Below, in pieces: positions 1 to 9,710 of a stretch of 64,000 nt of DNA. The stretch is from positions 13,213-77,212 of the forward strand of contig JAAZLT010000178.1 of NCBI GenBank assembly GCA_012799205.1, read 5' to 3'. A program made the translations under genes and the position numbers. The stretch comes from Clostridiales bacterium. Its GTDB lineage: Bacteria; Bacillota; Clostridia; Caldicoprobacterales; Xylanivirgaceae. The notes under the pieces are model-generated. The model was not told where the DNA came from. It was given only the letters and a program-made list of their open reading frames with translations, and did not search any database. Positions within the stretch are counted from its first letter, which is position 1, and the number at the start of each line of letters is the position of its first letter.

Positions 1-634
1 TTATGGCAAAGTTTAGTTCCCTTTGCACCATTTCCTCTTTATATATGACCATATTATCTCTTAAATAGTCAAATCCAAACTCATTATTTGTCCCATATAC
101 TATATCGCAGGCATAACTTTTACGCCTTTCACTAGATTTTAGATCATTTACTATAAGGCCCACAGAGAGCCCCAAAAATTTATATATCTTGCCCATCCAT
201 TCACTATCACGGCTAGCAAGATAGTCGTTTACAGTTACTATATGAACACCCTTACCATCTAAAGCGTTTAAATATGCAGGCAGGGTTGCTACAAGGGTCT
301 TACCCTCACCTGTCTTCATCTCTGCAATGCGCCCCTGATGAAGGACAATTCCACCTAAAAGTTGTACCCTAAAATGGCGCATACCAAGCACCCTCACAGA
401 TGCCTCTCTGACAACTGCAAATGCCTCTATAAGAAGATCATCTAGGCTTTCGCCCTTTTCACCCTCAGTTTGTTTTAAACGCCTTTTAAATTCATCCGTC
501 TTAGCTCTAAGCTCATCATCGCTTAACCTTTGCATCTCAGGCTCTAGAGCCTCTATCTCATCTACAATTTTAAATATACTCTTTAGCTCTCTCTCGTTAC
601 TGTCGCCAAATATTCCCCTTAGCCATCCCAGCAT
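1..634 (-). CDS. secA: Preprotein translocase ATPase SecA, N-terminal portion (rest of gene lies beyond window start)
   Basis: Own minus-strand translation from ATG (complement of 632-634): [18 protein letters not shown]... The Walker-A stretch [29 protein letters not shown] reads across ~245-330. It is absent from the ORF track because it has no stop inside the window. Confidence 0.9.
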   Translation of the reverse strand, partial: MLGWLRGIFGDSNERELKSIFKIVDEIEALEPEMQRLSDDELRAKTDEFKRRLKQTEGEKGESLDDLLIEAFAVVREASVRVLGMRHFRVQLLGGIVLHQGRIAEMKTGEGKTLVATLPAYLNALDGKGVHIVTVNDYLASRDSEWMGKIYKFLGLSVGLIVNDLKSSERRKSYACDIVYGTNNEFGFDYLRDNMVIYKEEMVQRELNFAI

Positions 635-714
635 TCAATACACCTCTGAATCTTCATTGTCAATACCTATACAATTTTAACACCATACTACAAAAGATTC
701 AAGATAAACCAGCC

Positions 715-753
715 CCAAAAAAATAATAGAGGAGAAGGCAGGCCCTCCCCTCT
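715..753 (-). terminator. Intrinsic terminator downstream of hpf
   Basis: Minus-strand RNA AGAGGGGAGGG-CCUG-CCUUCUCCUCU forms an 11-bp stem (two G-U pairs) followed by AUUAUUUUUUU. Confidence 0.6.
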
Positions 754-761
754 TTAAATAC

Positions 762-1301
762 TTAAAGGTACTCTGGCTCTATGAGCCCGTAGTTCCCATC
801 ATTTCGCTTATATACTACACTTACCTCGTTTGACTCTGCATCTGTAAATACAAAGAAGTTATGCCCTAGTAGCTCCATTTGAAGCACAGCCTCTTCTGCT
901 AGCATAGGCTTTACTGCAAATCTTTTTGTTCTCACAATCCGAGGATAATCCTCCTCCTCTTGTTCATAAGGCTCTGTAAATATAGGTGCGTCATATTTAA
1001 ATGCACCTGATTTCATCCTCTTATCCAATTTAGTCCTATACTTGTGTATCTGGCTTTCTAGCTTTTCTAGTATCAAATCCAATGTCTTATACATATCGTC
1101 TGTATAATCTTCGGCTCTAAGTACAACCCCATCAAATGGAATGGTTACCTCCATTATATGGCGATGCTTTTCTACAGACATGGTCACCTGTGCCTCGGTA
1201 TTGTCATCAAAATACCTCTCTAGTTTGCTCACCTTTTTTGTGATCTGTTCTCTCAAAGCATCTGTCAAATCTACGTTTTTCCCGCTAATTACTATACGCA
1301 T
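762..1301 (-). CDS. hpf: Ribosome hibernation promoting factor, long form
   Basis: 179 aa. The N-terminus MRIVISGKNVDLTDALREQITKKVSKLERYF and the C-terminal dimerisation-type segment ...MELLGHNFFVFTDAESNEVSVVYKRNDGNYGLIEP are typical of long HPF. RBS AAAGGAGC lies upstream. Confidence 0.9.
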   Translation of the reverse strand: MRIVISGKNVDLTDALREQITKKVSKLERYFDDNTEAQVTMSVEKHRHIMEVTIPFDGVVLRAEDYTDDMYKTLDLILEKLESQIHKYRTKLDKRMKSGAFKYDAPIFTEPYEQEEEDYPRIVRTKRFAVKPMLAEEAVLQMELLGHNFFVFTDAESNEVSVVYKRNDGNYGLIEPEYL

Positions 1302-1385
1302 TGCGGTCAGCTCCTTTCGGCTATTGGATTTTGGATAAGATATATGTGTCTTACTCTATTTATACCCCATAACCCATACCGTAAA

Positions 1386-1964
1386 CTACTTTATGACAAG
1401 AAATTTCATTTTAGAATCTATTTCTTCAACAGATTCCTCGTCTAAAATAGTAAATGATAATACCTTCCATTTGTTATCGCTGTTTTCCAGGCCTATTTCA
1501 ATATATATTGCATCTTCATCCTGTATATACTTACAATACATATTTTCATTGTCCCCATTTTTATATATCCTTTCGCTTAAATGCATATCATAATCTTTTG
1601 TAAAGTCTAATTCATTTATAATCTCATCATATCCTGATATGGATATGTTTCCAGACACTAATTTCTTATCGTATAATAGTTTTTCAAACTCAGCTTGATC
1701 TTTATTATTTATTCCAGCCTCTATGAAAACCTGACTTACTCTTTCTGCTACCAATGGTGCTTCATATCCTATTGTAAATCTAAATAGGCTTATAATCATT
1801 AATATGATAACAATGGCTGAAATAGTCAAATAGATAAATTGCCTATTAGCATCGGCCTTCCGCTTAAGCCTTATAAATTCTCTGATCTTTTTTATTTGAG
1901 ATGCAAATATGGGTATAAGTATCAAAATCGCTATTAGCGAATAGACAATTCTAGCAGCTTTCAA
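1386..1964 (-). CDS. Hypothetical membrane-anchored protein
   Basis: 192-aa ORF with two N-terminal hydrophobic segments (IVYSLIAILILIPIFA; LTISAIVIILMIISLF). No family recognised. Confidence 0.55.
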   Translation of the reverse strand: MKAARIVYSLIAILILIPIFASQIKKIREFIRLKRKADANRQFIYLTISAIVIILMIISLFRFTIGYEAPLVAERVSQVFIEAGINNKDQAEFEKLLYDKKLVSGNISISGYDEIINELDFTKDYDMHLSERIYKNGDNENMYCKYIQDEDAIYIEIGLENSDNKWKVLSFTILDEESVEEIDSKMKFLVIK

Positions 1965-1977
1965 ATATAACTCCCCC

Positions 1978-2700
1978 TCATAATATTTTGCTTAAGAATG
2001 CTCTAGTACGCTCTCTTTTTGAGTTTTCAAATATATCCTCTGGACTACCTTCCTCAGCTATAATGCCCTCATCCATAAACAGAATTCTATCGCCCATCTC
2101 CCTTGCAAAGCCCATTTCATGGGTCACCACTATCATGGTCATCCCCTCTATGGCGAGCTCTTTCATAACCTGCAACACTTCCCCCACCATTTCTGGATCC
2201 AAAGCCGATGTAGGTTCATCAAAGAGCATAATTTCAGGATCCATAGCAAGGGCTCTGGCTATAGCCACTCTCTGTTTTTGGCCGCCTGAGAGCTTGTTTG
2301 GATATTCATTGTCCTTATCTGAAAGCCCTACCTTCCTAAGCAGATCTATAGCTATCTCTTTAGCTTCATTTGTGGACATTCCTTTTAATTTTGAAGGCGC
2401 CAGCATTACATTATCTAATACAGTCATATGAGGAAAGAGATTAAATTGTTGAAATACCATCCCCACATTTTGTCTAAATTTATTTATGCCCTTTCCAAGC
2501 TCCATAATAGATACTCCATCTATATATATCTGACCATCTGTAGGCTCCTCTAGAAGGTTTAGACATCTTAAAAAGGTGCTCTTACCAGAGCCGCTGGCTC
2601 CTATTACGCATACTACCTCACCCTTTTTAACTGTAGTATTTACTCCCTTTAAAACTTCCAAGTCTCCAAAACTTTTATGAAGATCTATTACTTTAATCAC
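1978..2700 (-). CDS. Polar amino-acid ABC transporter, ATP-binding protein
   Basis: Walker [13 protein letters not shown] signature LSGGQKQR, Walker [12 protein letters not shown]. GlnQ/ArtP-like length (240 aa). Confidence 0.92.
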   Translation of the reverse strand: MIKVIDLHKSFGDLEVLKGVNTTVKKGEVVCVIGASGSGKSTFLRCLNLLEEPTDGQIYIDGVSIMELGKGINKFRQNVGMVFQQFNLFPHMTVLDNVMLAPSKLKGMSTNEAKEIAIDLLRKVGLSDKDNEYPNKLSGGQKQRVAIARALAMDPEIMLFDEPTSALDPEMVGEVLQVMKELAIEGMTMIVVTHEMGFAREMGDRILFMDEGIIAEEGSPEDIFENSKRERTRAFLSKIL

Positions 2701-3385
2701 TTAGACGCATCCTCCCCTCTAATTTGCCCAAGAAATAGGTAAGTATGGATGTAATATATAGATATATAAGTGCAACCACAATAAAGGGTGTATATGCATC
2801 AAATGTCCTACTCCTTACAATGTCTCCCATTCTAGTCAGATCGTCTAGAGCAATATATCCAGCAATTGCTGTCTCTTTTAAAAGCACTATCACTTCACTA
2901 GCCAAGGCTGGAAGGATGTTTTTTATTGCCTGTGGAATTATTATATATCTCATAGATTGGCCTCGGGATAATCCTAAAGATCTGCCCGCCTCCATTTGGC
3001 CCTTATCCACTGCCTGAATACCAGCCCTTATAAGCTCTGCCACATAGGCACCGCTATTTATGCCAAAAGCCACTGAAGCTACTGCAACTTTAGGCAAGGT
3101 ACTACTGCCAAGTATGGCATAGTATATTATTACAAGCTGCACCACTGCCGGAGTCCCTCTTATAATATCTACATACAGAGAAGCTACCCTGTTTAAAGCT
3201 TTATTATTTGTCATTCTAGCAAAGGCTATTAAAAGTCCTATAATTACACCAATGGTGGCAGCATAAAGGGTAAGCCTTAAGGATATTCCAAGTCCTCTTA
3301 TAAATAGCATATATCTATCTTCCCGTATTAAATTAAAATAAATTGCATCAGATAATCTTTTATATATCTCTATAAGAAAAGTCAT
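2693..3385 (-). CDS. Polar amino-acid ABC transporter, permease
   Basis: 230 aa and multi-TM, with an EAA-type loop [23 protein letters not shown]. The stop overlaps the ATPase start by 8 nt. Confidence 0.9.
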   Translation of the reverse strand: MTFLIEIYKRLSDAIYFNLIREDRYMLFIRGLGISLRLTLYAATIGVIIGLLIAFARMTNNKALNRVASLYVDIIRGTPAVVQLVIIYYAILGSSTLPKVAVASVAFGINSGAYVAELIRAGIQAVDKGQMEAGRSLGLSRGQSMRYIIIPQAIKNILPALASEVIVLLKETAIAGYIALDDLTRMGDIVRSRTFDAYTPFIVVALIYLYITSILTYFLGKLEGRMRLSD

Positions 3386-3473
3386 CTATTCTCCCCTCTA
3401 ACCATCTATTTCTAAAATATATCTCATAAAATAAGCTAGCATTTGGATTATACCATATGCTAGCTTAGATGTC

Positions 3474-4244
3474 TTACTCACCGATGGAATATCTATTGAC
3501 AAGCTCTTCTAACTCTCCACTTGCCATCATCTCAGTTAATACCTCATCTATTACATCAATAAGCTCTTGATCTCCCTTTCTAACTGCAATGGCATACTTT
3601 TCTTCTTCCCCTGCAGGCTCGTCTAATAGCTTTATGCCATCGTGCTCTGATAGAAGAATTTCTGCTGGAAGAGCATCAATTACAACAGCATCCAAATTAC
3701 CATTTTTAAGATCCATCACTGCCTCTAATCCATTATTATATCTTTGTACATCTGTGCCCTCTATATCATCTGTAACTAAAAAGTCACCTGTAGTCCCGTT
3801 TTGTACGCCTATTTTTTTATTTTTTAGATCTTCTGCACCTGTTATCTCTTCATTTTCTTCCTCAACTAGTATAGCCTGCACAGCTGTAAAATACTCTACA
3901 CTAAATGTCATTTCTTCTTCTCTGTCAGGTCTTATACTGTAACCTGCAGCAATAAAGTCTATCTTTCCAGATTTTAAAGCAGCTGGAAGGGCATCAAATT
4001 TCATATCTTCTACCACCAGCTCTACACCAAGTTTATCTGCTATTTTTTCTGCTACATGAGAGTCAATGCCTATTACATCATCACCATCTCTCATTTCAAA
4101 GGGAGCAAATGCAGCATTTGTGCCCCAAACTACTTTCTCAGTCTTGTTTATGCGGGCCATAGTATCAATCTTTCCGCATGCTGCCATTGACACTAGCATG
4201 GCAAATATAATTGCCAAAAATAATACCTTTTTCAAACTCTTCAT
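3474..4244 (-). CDS. Amino-acid ABC transporter substrate-binding lipoprotein
   Basis: Signal peptide with lipobox (LVSMAAC-GK). Family-3 SBP-like body (VVWGTNAAFAPFEM..., KIDFIAAGYSIRPDR). Confidence 0.88.
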   Translation of the reverse strand: MKSLKKVLFLAIIFAMLVSMAACGKIDTMARINKTEKVVWGTNAAFAPFEMRDGDDVIGIDSHVAEKIADKLGVELVVEDMKFDALPAALKSGKIDFIAAGYSIRPDREEEMTFSVEYFTAVQAILVEEENEEITGAEDLKNKKIGVQNGTTGDFLVTDDIEGTDVQRYNNGLEAVMDLKNGNLDAVVIDALPAEILLSEHDGIKLLDEPAGEEEKYAIAVRKGDQELIDVIDEVLTEMMASGELEELVNRYSIGE

Positions 4245-4340
4245 TATATATTACCTCCTGTTATTGCATTAATATATATTCATATTATGTGCATAATAAT
4301 TATTATATACGAACAAATTCAAAATTGCAATACAAATTTT

Positions 4341-4378
4341 TAGCCCCTAACTCAAATGAGCTAGGGGCTAGTTTTTTA
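4341..4378. terminator. Hairpin between flagellar cluster and ABC operon (possible bidirectional terminator)
   Basis: TAGCCCCTA-N12-TAGGGGCTA is followed by GTTTTTT on plus. On the minus RNA the stem is preceded by an A-run, so the U-tract is weak. Confidence 0.4.
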
Positions 4379-4381
4379 TAT

Positions 4382-4870
4382 CTATTGTTTTTTATCTATA
4401 TATATTCCGCCATCTATTGGTCTATGGGGCCTATAGGCACTCTGCCCCTTTGCACCTCGCTGCACATTATGTATCTTCGATGCATATTCTCTTTGAATTT
4501 TCTTTAATAAATCTGAATTTTGCATATCTATGTCATAGGCTCTACTCAATATCTTATGATTTTCCTTAAAAGCCTTTTGCAGATCATCATATAGATTACT
4601 CTCCTTAAATGTCAAAATGTTGTTTTTACGCATACCCTTAATTTCCTCATATATATGCAGGAATTCTTCATCTAGATTATGTACATGCTCCGTATACTCT
4701 ATCCACTCTTCAGTGGAATCAAGTAGACTATCTATATCTCCAGCTTCTATAAAGGTAGATTGTTTCTTTGCTATATCTAAAATTTTCGCTAGACTCTGAC
4801 CCTTCTTATTTGCATAGTCTATTAAGCTTTTAAGCTTATTATATACATCTTTATTAGCCCTCATTGGCAT
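4382..4870 (-). CDS. Hypothetical protein of late flagellar cluster (possible FlgN/FliT-type chaperone)
   Basis: 162 aa, helical and charged. The start overlaps the fliS stop by 17 nt. The functional guess rests on position only. Confidence 0.45.
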   Translation of the reverse strand: MPMRANKDVYNKLKSLIDYANKKGQSLAKILDIAKKQSTFIEAGDIDSLLDSTEEWIEYTEHVHNLDEEFLHIYEEIKGMRKNNILTFKESNLYDDLQKAFKENHKILSRAYDIDMQNSDLLKKIQREYASKIHNVQRGAKGQSAYRPHRPIDGGIYIDKKQ

Positions 4871-5249
4871 ATCTCTGTTGTCTATTTATTTTTATAGCCT
4901 CAGCCCAGGTATCCCGAAGATCTACCATTAGATCTATTATCTCATTGAGCGTCTCTATATCCTTAGAGATATTTGCATCCACCAGCCTACCTCCCATATA
5001 ATCGTAGAGCTGCTCCATGGATTTAGATATCTCATAATCGGCGTCAAGTGTGAACATAAGCTCCTCTATAATGGCCTGCGCCCTTAAAATAGAATTGTGA
5101 GCCTTTTCTATTTCATTTCCCTGTATATATTCAATAGCTTGTCTTAAAAATCTAAGAAATCCATTATACAACATGAGGACCAATTCCCCGGCGCTTGCAG
5201 TCATCACATTTTGATTTTCATATTGTTTATATGGGTTATATATTGCCAT
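4854..5249 (-). CDS. fliS: Flagellar export chaperone FliS
   Basis: 131 aa. YENQNVMTASAGELVLMLYNGFLRFLRQA...KAHNSILRAQAIIEEL is a typical FliS four-helix pattern. It follows fliD. Confidence 0.88.
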   Translation of the reverse strand: MAIYNPYKQYENQNVMTASAGELVLMLYNGFLRFLRQAIEYIQGNEIEKAHNSILRAQAIIEELMFTLDADYEISKSMEQLYDYMGGRLVDANISKDIETLNEIIDLMVDLRDTWAEAIKINRQQRYANEG

Positions 5250-5272
5250 AGATTACCACTCCTTGTTATCTT

Positions 5273-6877
5273 TTAGTACATATCCATATTAAGCTGTTGA
5301 AATAGCCACGCACTTTGTGCATTCATCGCCTGCAAGGCCTTCTCCATTGCAGTAAATTGTCTCCAATAGCTCTCTTCCCTCATGACTAACATCTCATTTA
5401 ATGTATCTATCCTCTTATCAAATGCCTTTAGTTGATCATTTAATGCATTCTTAAACTCTGTTGTATCACCTTCAATACCAGCTCTCTCCAGCAATAGACC
5501 CTTATTATTATTCCTATCTCTATTAGTTCTTATATTATCATTTAGTATATCGGATATTCTATGGGCCAGTCCTACGTTTTTATATCTATCGGCACGAGCG
5601 CCAGCATCCATATCAGGGGAATATGATGAGCCATCTCTCTTTGAAAATAGCTCCATCACCTTTTCAGGATTTTCCGAAAGGAACTTTTTAAGTTTCCCTT
5701 CATCTATATATAGCTTTCCATGTTCATACCATTTCCCAGTGGTGATTCCGATTTCAGATAGGCTAACATCAGTACCCTCTACACTTTCAATAAGGGCCGA
5801 TCTCATGTTCGTCACCATCTTTTGCAGCACTGGGTCATTTCTTAAAAGCCCACTCATGGCCTTTTCTTCCCATTTTTCTATTTCCTTTTCGCTCATATCA
5901 TCCCTTTGCATTTCGGTCAATGGTGGAAAATCCCTGTACGCCTTTTCAAATAATTTGCCGTTTATATCCTCTATGAGCTTATTATAACTATCTACAAAGT
6001 TTTTTATCTTATCAAACGAAGCATCCACATCTTCTGTTACTCTTATTGTGATTTCTTCGTCTTTGCCTGTCACGTCATAGAGATTAAATGTCAGGCCATC
6101 TCTAGTAAAAGTATTTGATGGGGATGTAACTATACCCCCTTGACCATCTATATTTATATTTACTTCTGCATCCTTGCCTATATAATCATTACCCTCAGCT
6201 ATGCCTATTTTGGCTAAAAAACTATTATCTTTATCAGGGTCCTCCAGATCGGACCTAATATCTAATGTAGCCTCGCTCCCAGTAGTTTTGGTCTGTAGCG
6301 TAAATTTCTTGGTTATGCTGCTGTACGTAAGCTTGGCATTGGCTTCTTTACTAGCATTTATCTCATTCATAACCTGTCGTATGGTCATATCCTTGGTTAT
6401 TTCAATTTCGGCCCCATTTATATCTAGGGTCTCTCTCTCAAAACCGTGGATGAAATCTGATATCTTCTGGTTAAGATTAAGATCCTCATACGTCTTTCCA
6501 CCTACTGCCTTAGCAGATTCAGCTAGGCCATCTACCTGGACTTTATATATACCAGATACAGCATCTGAGTTGGCGCTGACAGATAATATATTCTGATCTC
6601 CTATTATAGTGGTCTTGAAATTATTATATGTGTTGGGCGAGAGCATGTAATTGTCTGGCCTTATAATATCAAAGAACTCATCCTTAAAAGCCCTTAGCTT
6701 ATTTGTAATATCTCTATAGGCATCTCTACGCCACTCTACTACTTGCCGATCTTGTCTTACTCTGTCTACTTTCATATTTTCGATACGCATCATATCGCGT
6801 ATCATGGTCTCTGTATCTATGCCCGATGCAAGCCCACCAAACCTTATATTATTTATTGGATTTATATAGTTAGACAT
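5273..6877 (-). CDS. fliD: Flagellar filament cap protein FliD (hook-associated protein 2)
   Basis: 534 aa. N-terminus IRFGGLASGIDTETMIRDMMRIE and C-terminal coiled coil ...YWRQFTAMEKALQAMNAQSAWL are typical of FliD. Confidence 0.9.
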   Translation of the reverse strand: MSNYINPINNIRFGGLASGIDTETMIRDMMRIENMKVDRVRQDRQVVEWRRDAYRDITNKLRAFKDEFFDIIRPDNYMLSPNTYNNFKTTIIGDQNILSVSANSDAVSGIYKVQVDGLAESAKAVGGKTYEDLNLNQKISDFIHGFERETLDINGAEIEITKDMTIRQVMNEINASKEANAKLTYSSITKKFTLQTKTTGSEATLDIRSDLEDPDKDNSFLAKIGIAEGNDYIGKDAEVNINIDGQGGIVTSPSNTFTRDGLTFNLYDVTGKDEEITIRVTEDVDASFDKIKNFVDSYNKLIEDINGKLFEKAYRDFPPLTEMQRDDMSEKEIEKWEEKAMSGLLRNDPVLQKMVTNMRSALIESVEGTDVSLSEIGITTGKWYEHGKLYIDEGKLKKFLSENPEKVMELFSKRDGSSYSPDMDAGARADRYKNVGLAHRISDILNDNIRTNRDRNNNKGLLLERAGIEGDTTEFKNALNDQLKAFDKRIDTLNEMLVMREESYWRQFTAMEKALQAMNAQSAWLFQQLNMDMY

Positions 6878-6890
6878 AGTACCAACTCCT

Positions 6891-7262
6891 TTAAATTTTC
6901 CTATCTATAATAATCCCAGCAAGTTCCCAAAGTGCGGCGGCCATATCCAGTATCTTCTCAGGGGGGATCTCCCTTATAATCTCATCTGTATTGGTATCTA
7001 TAACTTTTACCATTATTGTACCTGTATGCTCATGTATAGATATATCAAACCTTCTATTATGCGTCTCAAGCGCATTATTCGAATCATCTACGGCCTTAAC
7101 TAACATTTCATATCGCTCTTCGGGAGTTTTGATATCCAAGCTATGATCATTACCCTTATCTTCAATTTCGTTAGAAGGCATTCTTTTAACTGATGTCTTT
7201 TCTATAACCTCTATATTTTCAATCTTAGAAAAAGAAGAAACTCCATCTATTCGCATATACAT
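6891..7262 (-). CDS. flaG: Flagellar protein FlaG
   Basis: 123 aa. The C-terminal motif MVKVIDTNTDEIIREIPPEKILDMAAAL is typical of FlaG. It lies upstream of fliD. Confidence 0.85.
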   Translation of the reverse strand: MYMRIDGVSSFSKIENIEVIEKTSVKRMPSNEIEDKGNDHSLDIKTPEERYEMLVKAVDDSNNALETHNRRFDISIHEHTGTIMVKVIDTNTDEIIREIPPEKILDMAAALWELAGIIIDRKI

Positions 7263-7341
7263 ATATCCCCTTTCGATATCTTGCTATATATTATATCGGC
7301 TGGAATATGTATTTACTTTAGGAGTTTCCATATAATTTCTA

Positions 7342-8280
7342 TTATATAATAGCCACATCCATACCTGGCGCCTCTATATTCTCTTCTTTGATAATTTCTA
7401 AGTATATCCCTATCAGACTGTCAAGCTCCTGACTAATTTTTAATACATGTTTAGAACTTAACTCTTTTCCCAAAGATTCTACTACTAGTTTATTTAATCT
7501 ACTTCGGAGTTCTTCTATATGCTCCCCTATAATCTTTAAAGCTGATGTCTCTAGAGTAGTTAATAGCCCGTTCTTTCTCCTCTTTCTCTCTAGCATCCTT
7601 AGATCAGCTATATTAGCCGTAGTATCGAGGTCCTCCGTCGCCTTTCCTATGGCATAACCAGCACTTACACTTATCTTTATATCGTCAAATATATCTACAT
7701 TTCTTAGTTTTCCTTGTATTCTATATATTATATCTCTTATAAGCTTATCCTCATGCATATTGGGAATTAGGATCAAAAACTCGTCCCCGCCTATCCTAAA
7801 GGCCATATCTGCATCACGGATACAGCTTCTAATTATATCTGCAATACTAATTATGGCCTCATCACCGCCACCATGACCCTTTTGGCTATTTATGAGTTTT
7901 AGGTTATCCATATCAAGTATTATTATAGTATATTCACTGCATTCAGCAATAGTCACAACTCCAGATCTAATGTCCTCCCATAGGTTTCTATTATAAAGCC
8001 CTGTCAAAGAATCTCTATAGGCAAGCTTTTTATAATAATCTTCCTTTGGGCATTTATGTGATATATGCGCTATATTATAATGCTTGTCCCCAAGTTTTAT
8101 TTGATCTACTGAGATGCTATAATCTTCATAGTCTTCAATATATATGGGGTCACTTATATCCATGTTCATAGCACCCGCTTTTTTGAGTATATCTATATAT
8201 ATATCCTCATTATCCGCATTGCAATATACAACCTCATTGGATGTATATAAAAGTGTTATATATCCCGTTTTAGCTTTCAT
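7342..8280 (-). CDS. Diguanylate cyclase (GGDEF) with C-terminal Spo0E-like segment
   Basis: GGDEF domain: DSLTGLYNR, active site RIGGDEFLIL, I-site-like RDAD 5 aa upstream. The last ~55 aa read IEELRSRLNKLVVESLGKELSSKHVLKISQELDSLIGIY, which carries the Spo0E-family SQELD signature. Confidence 0.8.
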   Translation of the reverse strand: MKAKTGYITLLYTSNEVVYCNADNEDIYIDILKKAGAMNMDISDPIYIEDYEDYSISVDQIKLGDKHYNIAHISHKCPKEDYYKKLAYRDSLTGLYNRNLWEDIRSGVVTIAECSEYTIIILDMDNLKLINSQKGHGGGDEAIISIADIIRSCIRDADMAFRIGGDEFLILIPNMHEDKLIRDIIYRIQGKLRNVDIFDDIKISVSAGYAIGKATEDLDTTANIADLRMLERKRRKNGLLTTLETSALKIIGEHIEELRSRLNKLVVESLGKELSSKHVLKISQELDSLIGIYLEIIKEENIEAPGMDVAII

Positions 8281-8389
8281 TAAGATTCCTCCTGCGTCAA
8301 TAGATAGTTCTATAGAATAGCAAGATGTACTAGTACCTTTATCCTATTATGTTATATATACCTCTATCTTTTGTAATTAAACACATTAA

Positions 8390-8872
8390 TTAACTTCCAA
8401 AAATATACATGTACCATTCTATTATATGTCTACCTATTAATACGCTCAACGTTATGCCTATGGCTATATAGGGACCAAAGGGTATATAATCATCTCTTTT
8501 TATTTTCCCTATTACCATCAAAATTATAGATATAGATCCAGCTATATATATTGCAAGCAATAAAGAGAGAAGGGCTAGCTCCCAACCAATAAAAAGCCCC
8601 GCCATGGCCAAGAGCTTTACATCCCCTCCACCCATTCCAGGTTTTTTAAATATAAGAAATGATATATAGGATATAATGATTATAGTGATGCCTCCTATAA
8701 GCGCCCCTAAAAGTCCTTTAGATATGCCTATACCCCTACCTAAAACATTTAACAAAATAGCCCAAAAAGACCCTGCAATTATGTACTTATCCGGTATTTT
8801 CATGGTCTTTATGTCTGAAATAGATATGAGTATTAAAATAATAAGTAGGGGACCGTAATAGAGCATGTCCAT
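8390..8872 (-). CDS. A24-family prepilin peptidase (short form, no methyltransferase domain)
   Basis: 160 aa polytopic protein. Both Asp motifs are present (MKIPDKY; PGMGGGDVKLLA). Confidence 0.8.
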   Translation of the reverse strand: MDMLYYGPLLIILILISISDIKTMKIPDKYIIAGSFWAILLNVLGRGIGISKGLLGALIGGITIIIISYISFLIFKKPGMGGGDVKLLAMAGLFIGWELALLSLLLAIYIAGSISIILMVIGKIKRDDYIPFGPYIAIGITLSVLIGRHIIEWYMYIFGS

Positions 8873-9312
8873 TAGATCTCTGCACTATGAGTTGTTGTAT
8901 CTACTACCACTGGAGTTATCTCTATATTCCCATCTTCTTTTATTGTGATAGTATAACCTTCAGCACTCTTATCATTCTCTCCAATATTAGTAGCCCCCTT
9001 TGGCAAATTAGGCCACTTATCTATATAATCTTCTGCCTTATGTGTATCATTTTCACTATTTGATTCCTTCGATGTCCATATTATATCCTTACCTACCGGT
9101 AGTCCCTCTGTAGCAATGGCAGTTAGGGCCGCCTCCTCTAGCCTCCTTACATTGGCTATATGAGCCCTATTGGATGCAGATTCTTGCACCTTCCCATAAG
9201 TAGGTATTGCTATGGCAGTTAATACGCCTATTATCACAATTACTACCATGAGCTCAATTAGAGTAAAGCCGCTGTCGTCAAAATAGCAAAGCTCCTTTAA
9301 CAGTTTTCTCAT
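8872..9312 (-). CDS. Type IV pilin-like protein (prepilin N-terminal cleavage/methylation domain)
   Basis: Class III signal ...DDSG/FTLIELMVVIVIIGVLTAIAIP. 146 aa. The stop abuts the peptidase start. Confidence 0.85.
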   Translation of the reverse strand: MRKLLKELCYFDDSGFTLIELMVVIVIIGVLTAIAIPTYGKVQESASNRAHIANVRRLEEAALTAIATEGLPVGKDIIWTSKESNSENDTHKAEDYIDKWPNLPKGATNIGENDKSAEGYTITIKEDGNIEITPVVVDTTTHSAEI

Positions 9313-9710
9313 TTAAAAAGCCCCCCTTAAATTTTGATATCCCTTACTAGATTATCTATTATCAACTCCTAGTATCCTACCATCTTTGTATCTATGATTT
9401 TGGATGCCAGGGGTTGTAACTACCCAATAAATATAGATACATTTATCTTTGACTAACTTGTCCATTGTAGAGAGGCCAGCGGGCTCAATTTGATTAAATT
9501 CTGCCACTACTGGCCTATAATATATACTTGCGAATCATTATAAGGATTTAATATAGCTCTAGGATATATTACCGCTGCAAGTGCGATTTATCTATTTTCA
9601 CAGCACTTTCTCTTCCTAGGGTTGAATAGCCTTTCCGTGATATAACATAGGCATTAAGATATGTTTTATTATAGTCTTTTACACCTATAAATTCAACTAT
9701 TTTTCTAGGC

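Noticed and set aside
9313-9710. Possible pseudogene in the 400-bp gap between the pilin and the AEC transporter. Minus-strand fragments read ...IVEFIGVKDYNKTYLNAYVISRKGYSTLGRESAVKIDKSHLQR* and ...YYRPVVAEFNQIEPAGLSTMDKLVKDKCIYIYWVVTTPGIQNHRYKDGRILGVDNR*.
   Set aside because: The fragments have no start codon and are interrupted by stops and frameshifts. I cannot assign them to a family, so this is not reportable as a feature without a database search.
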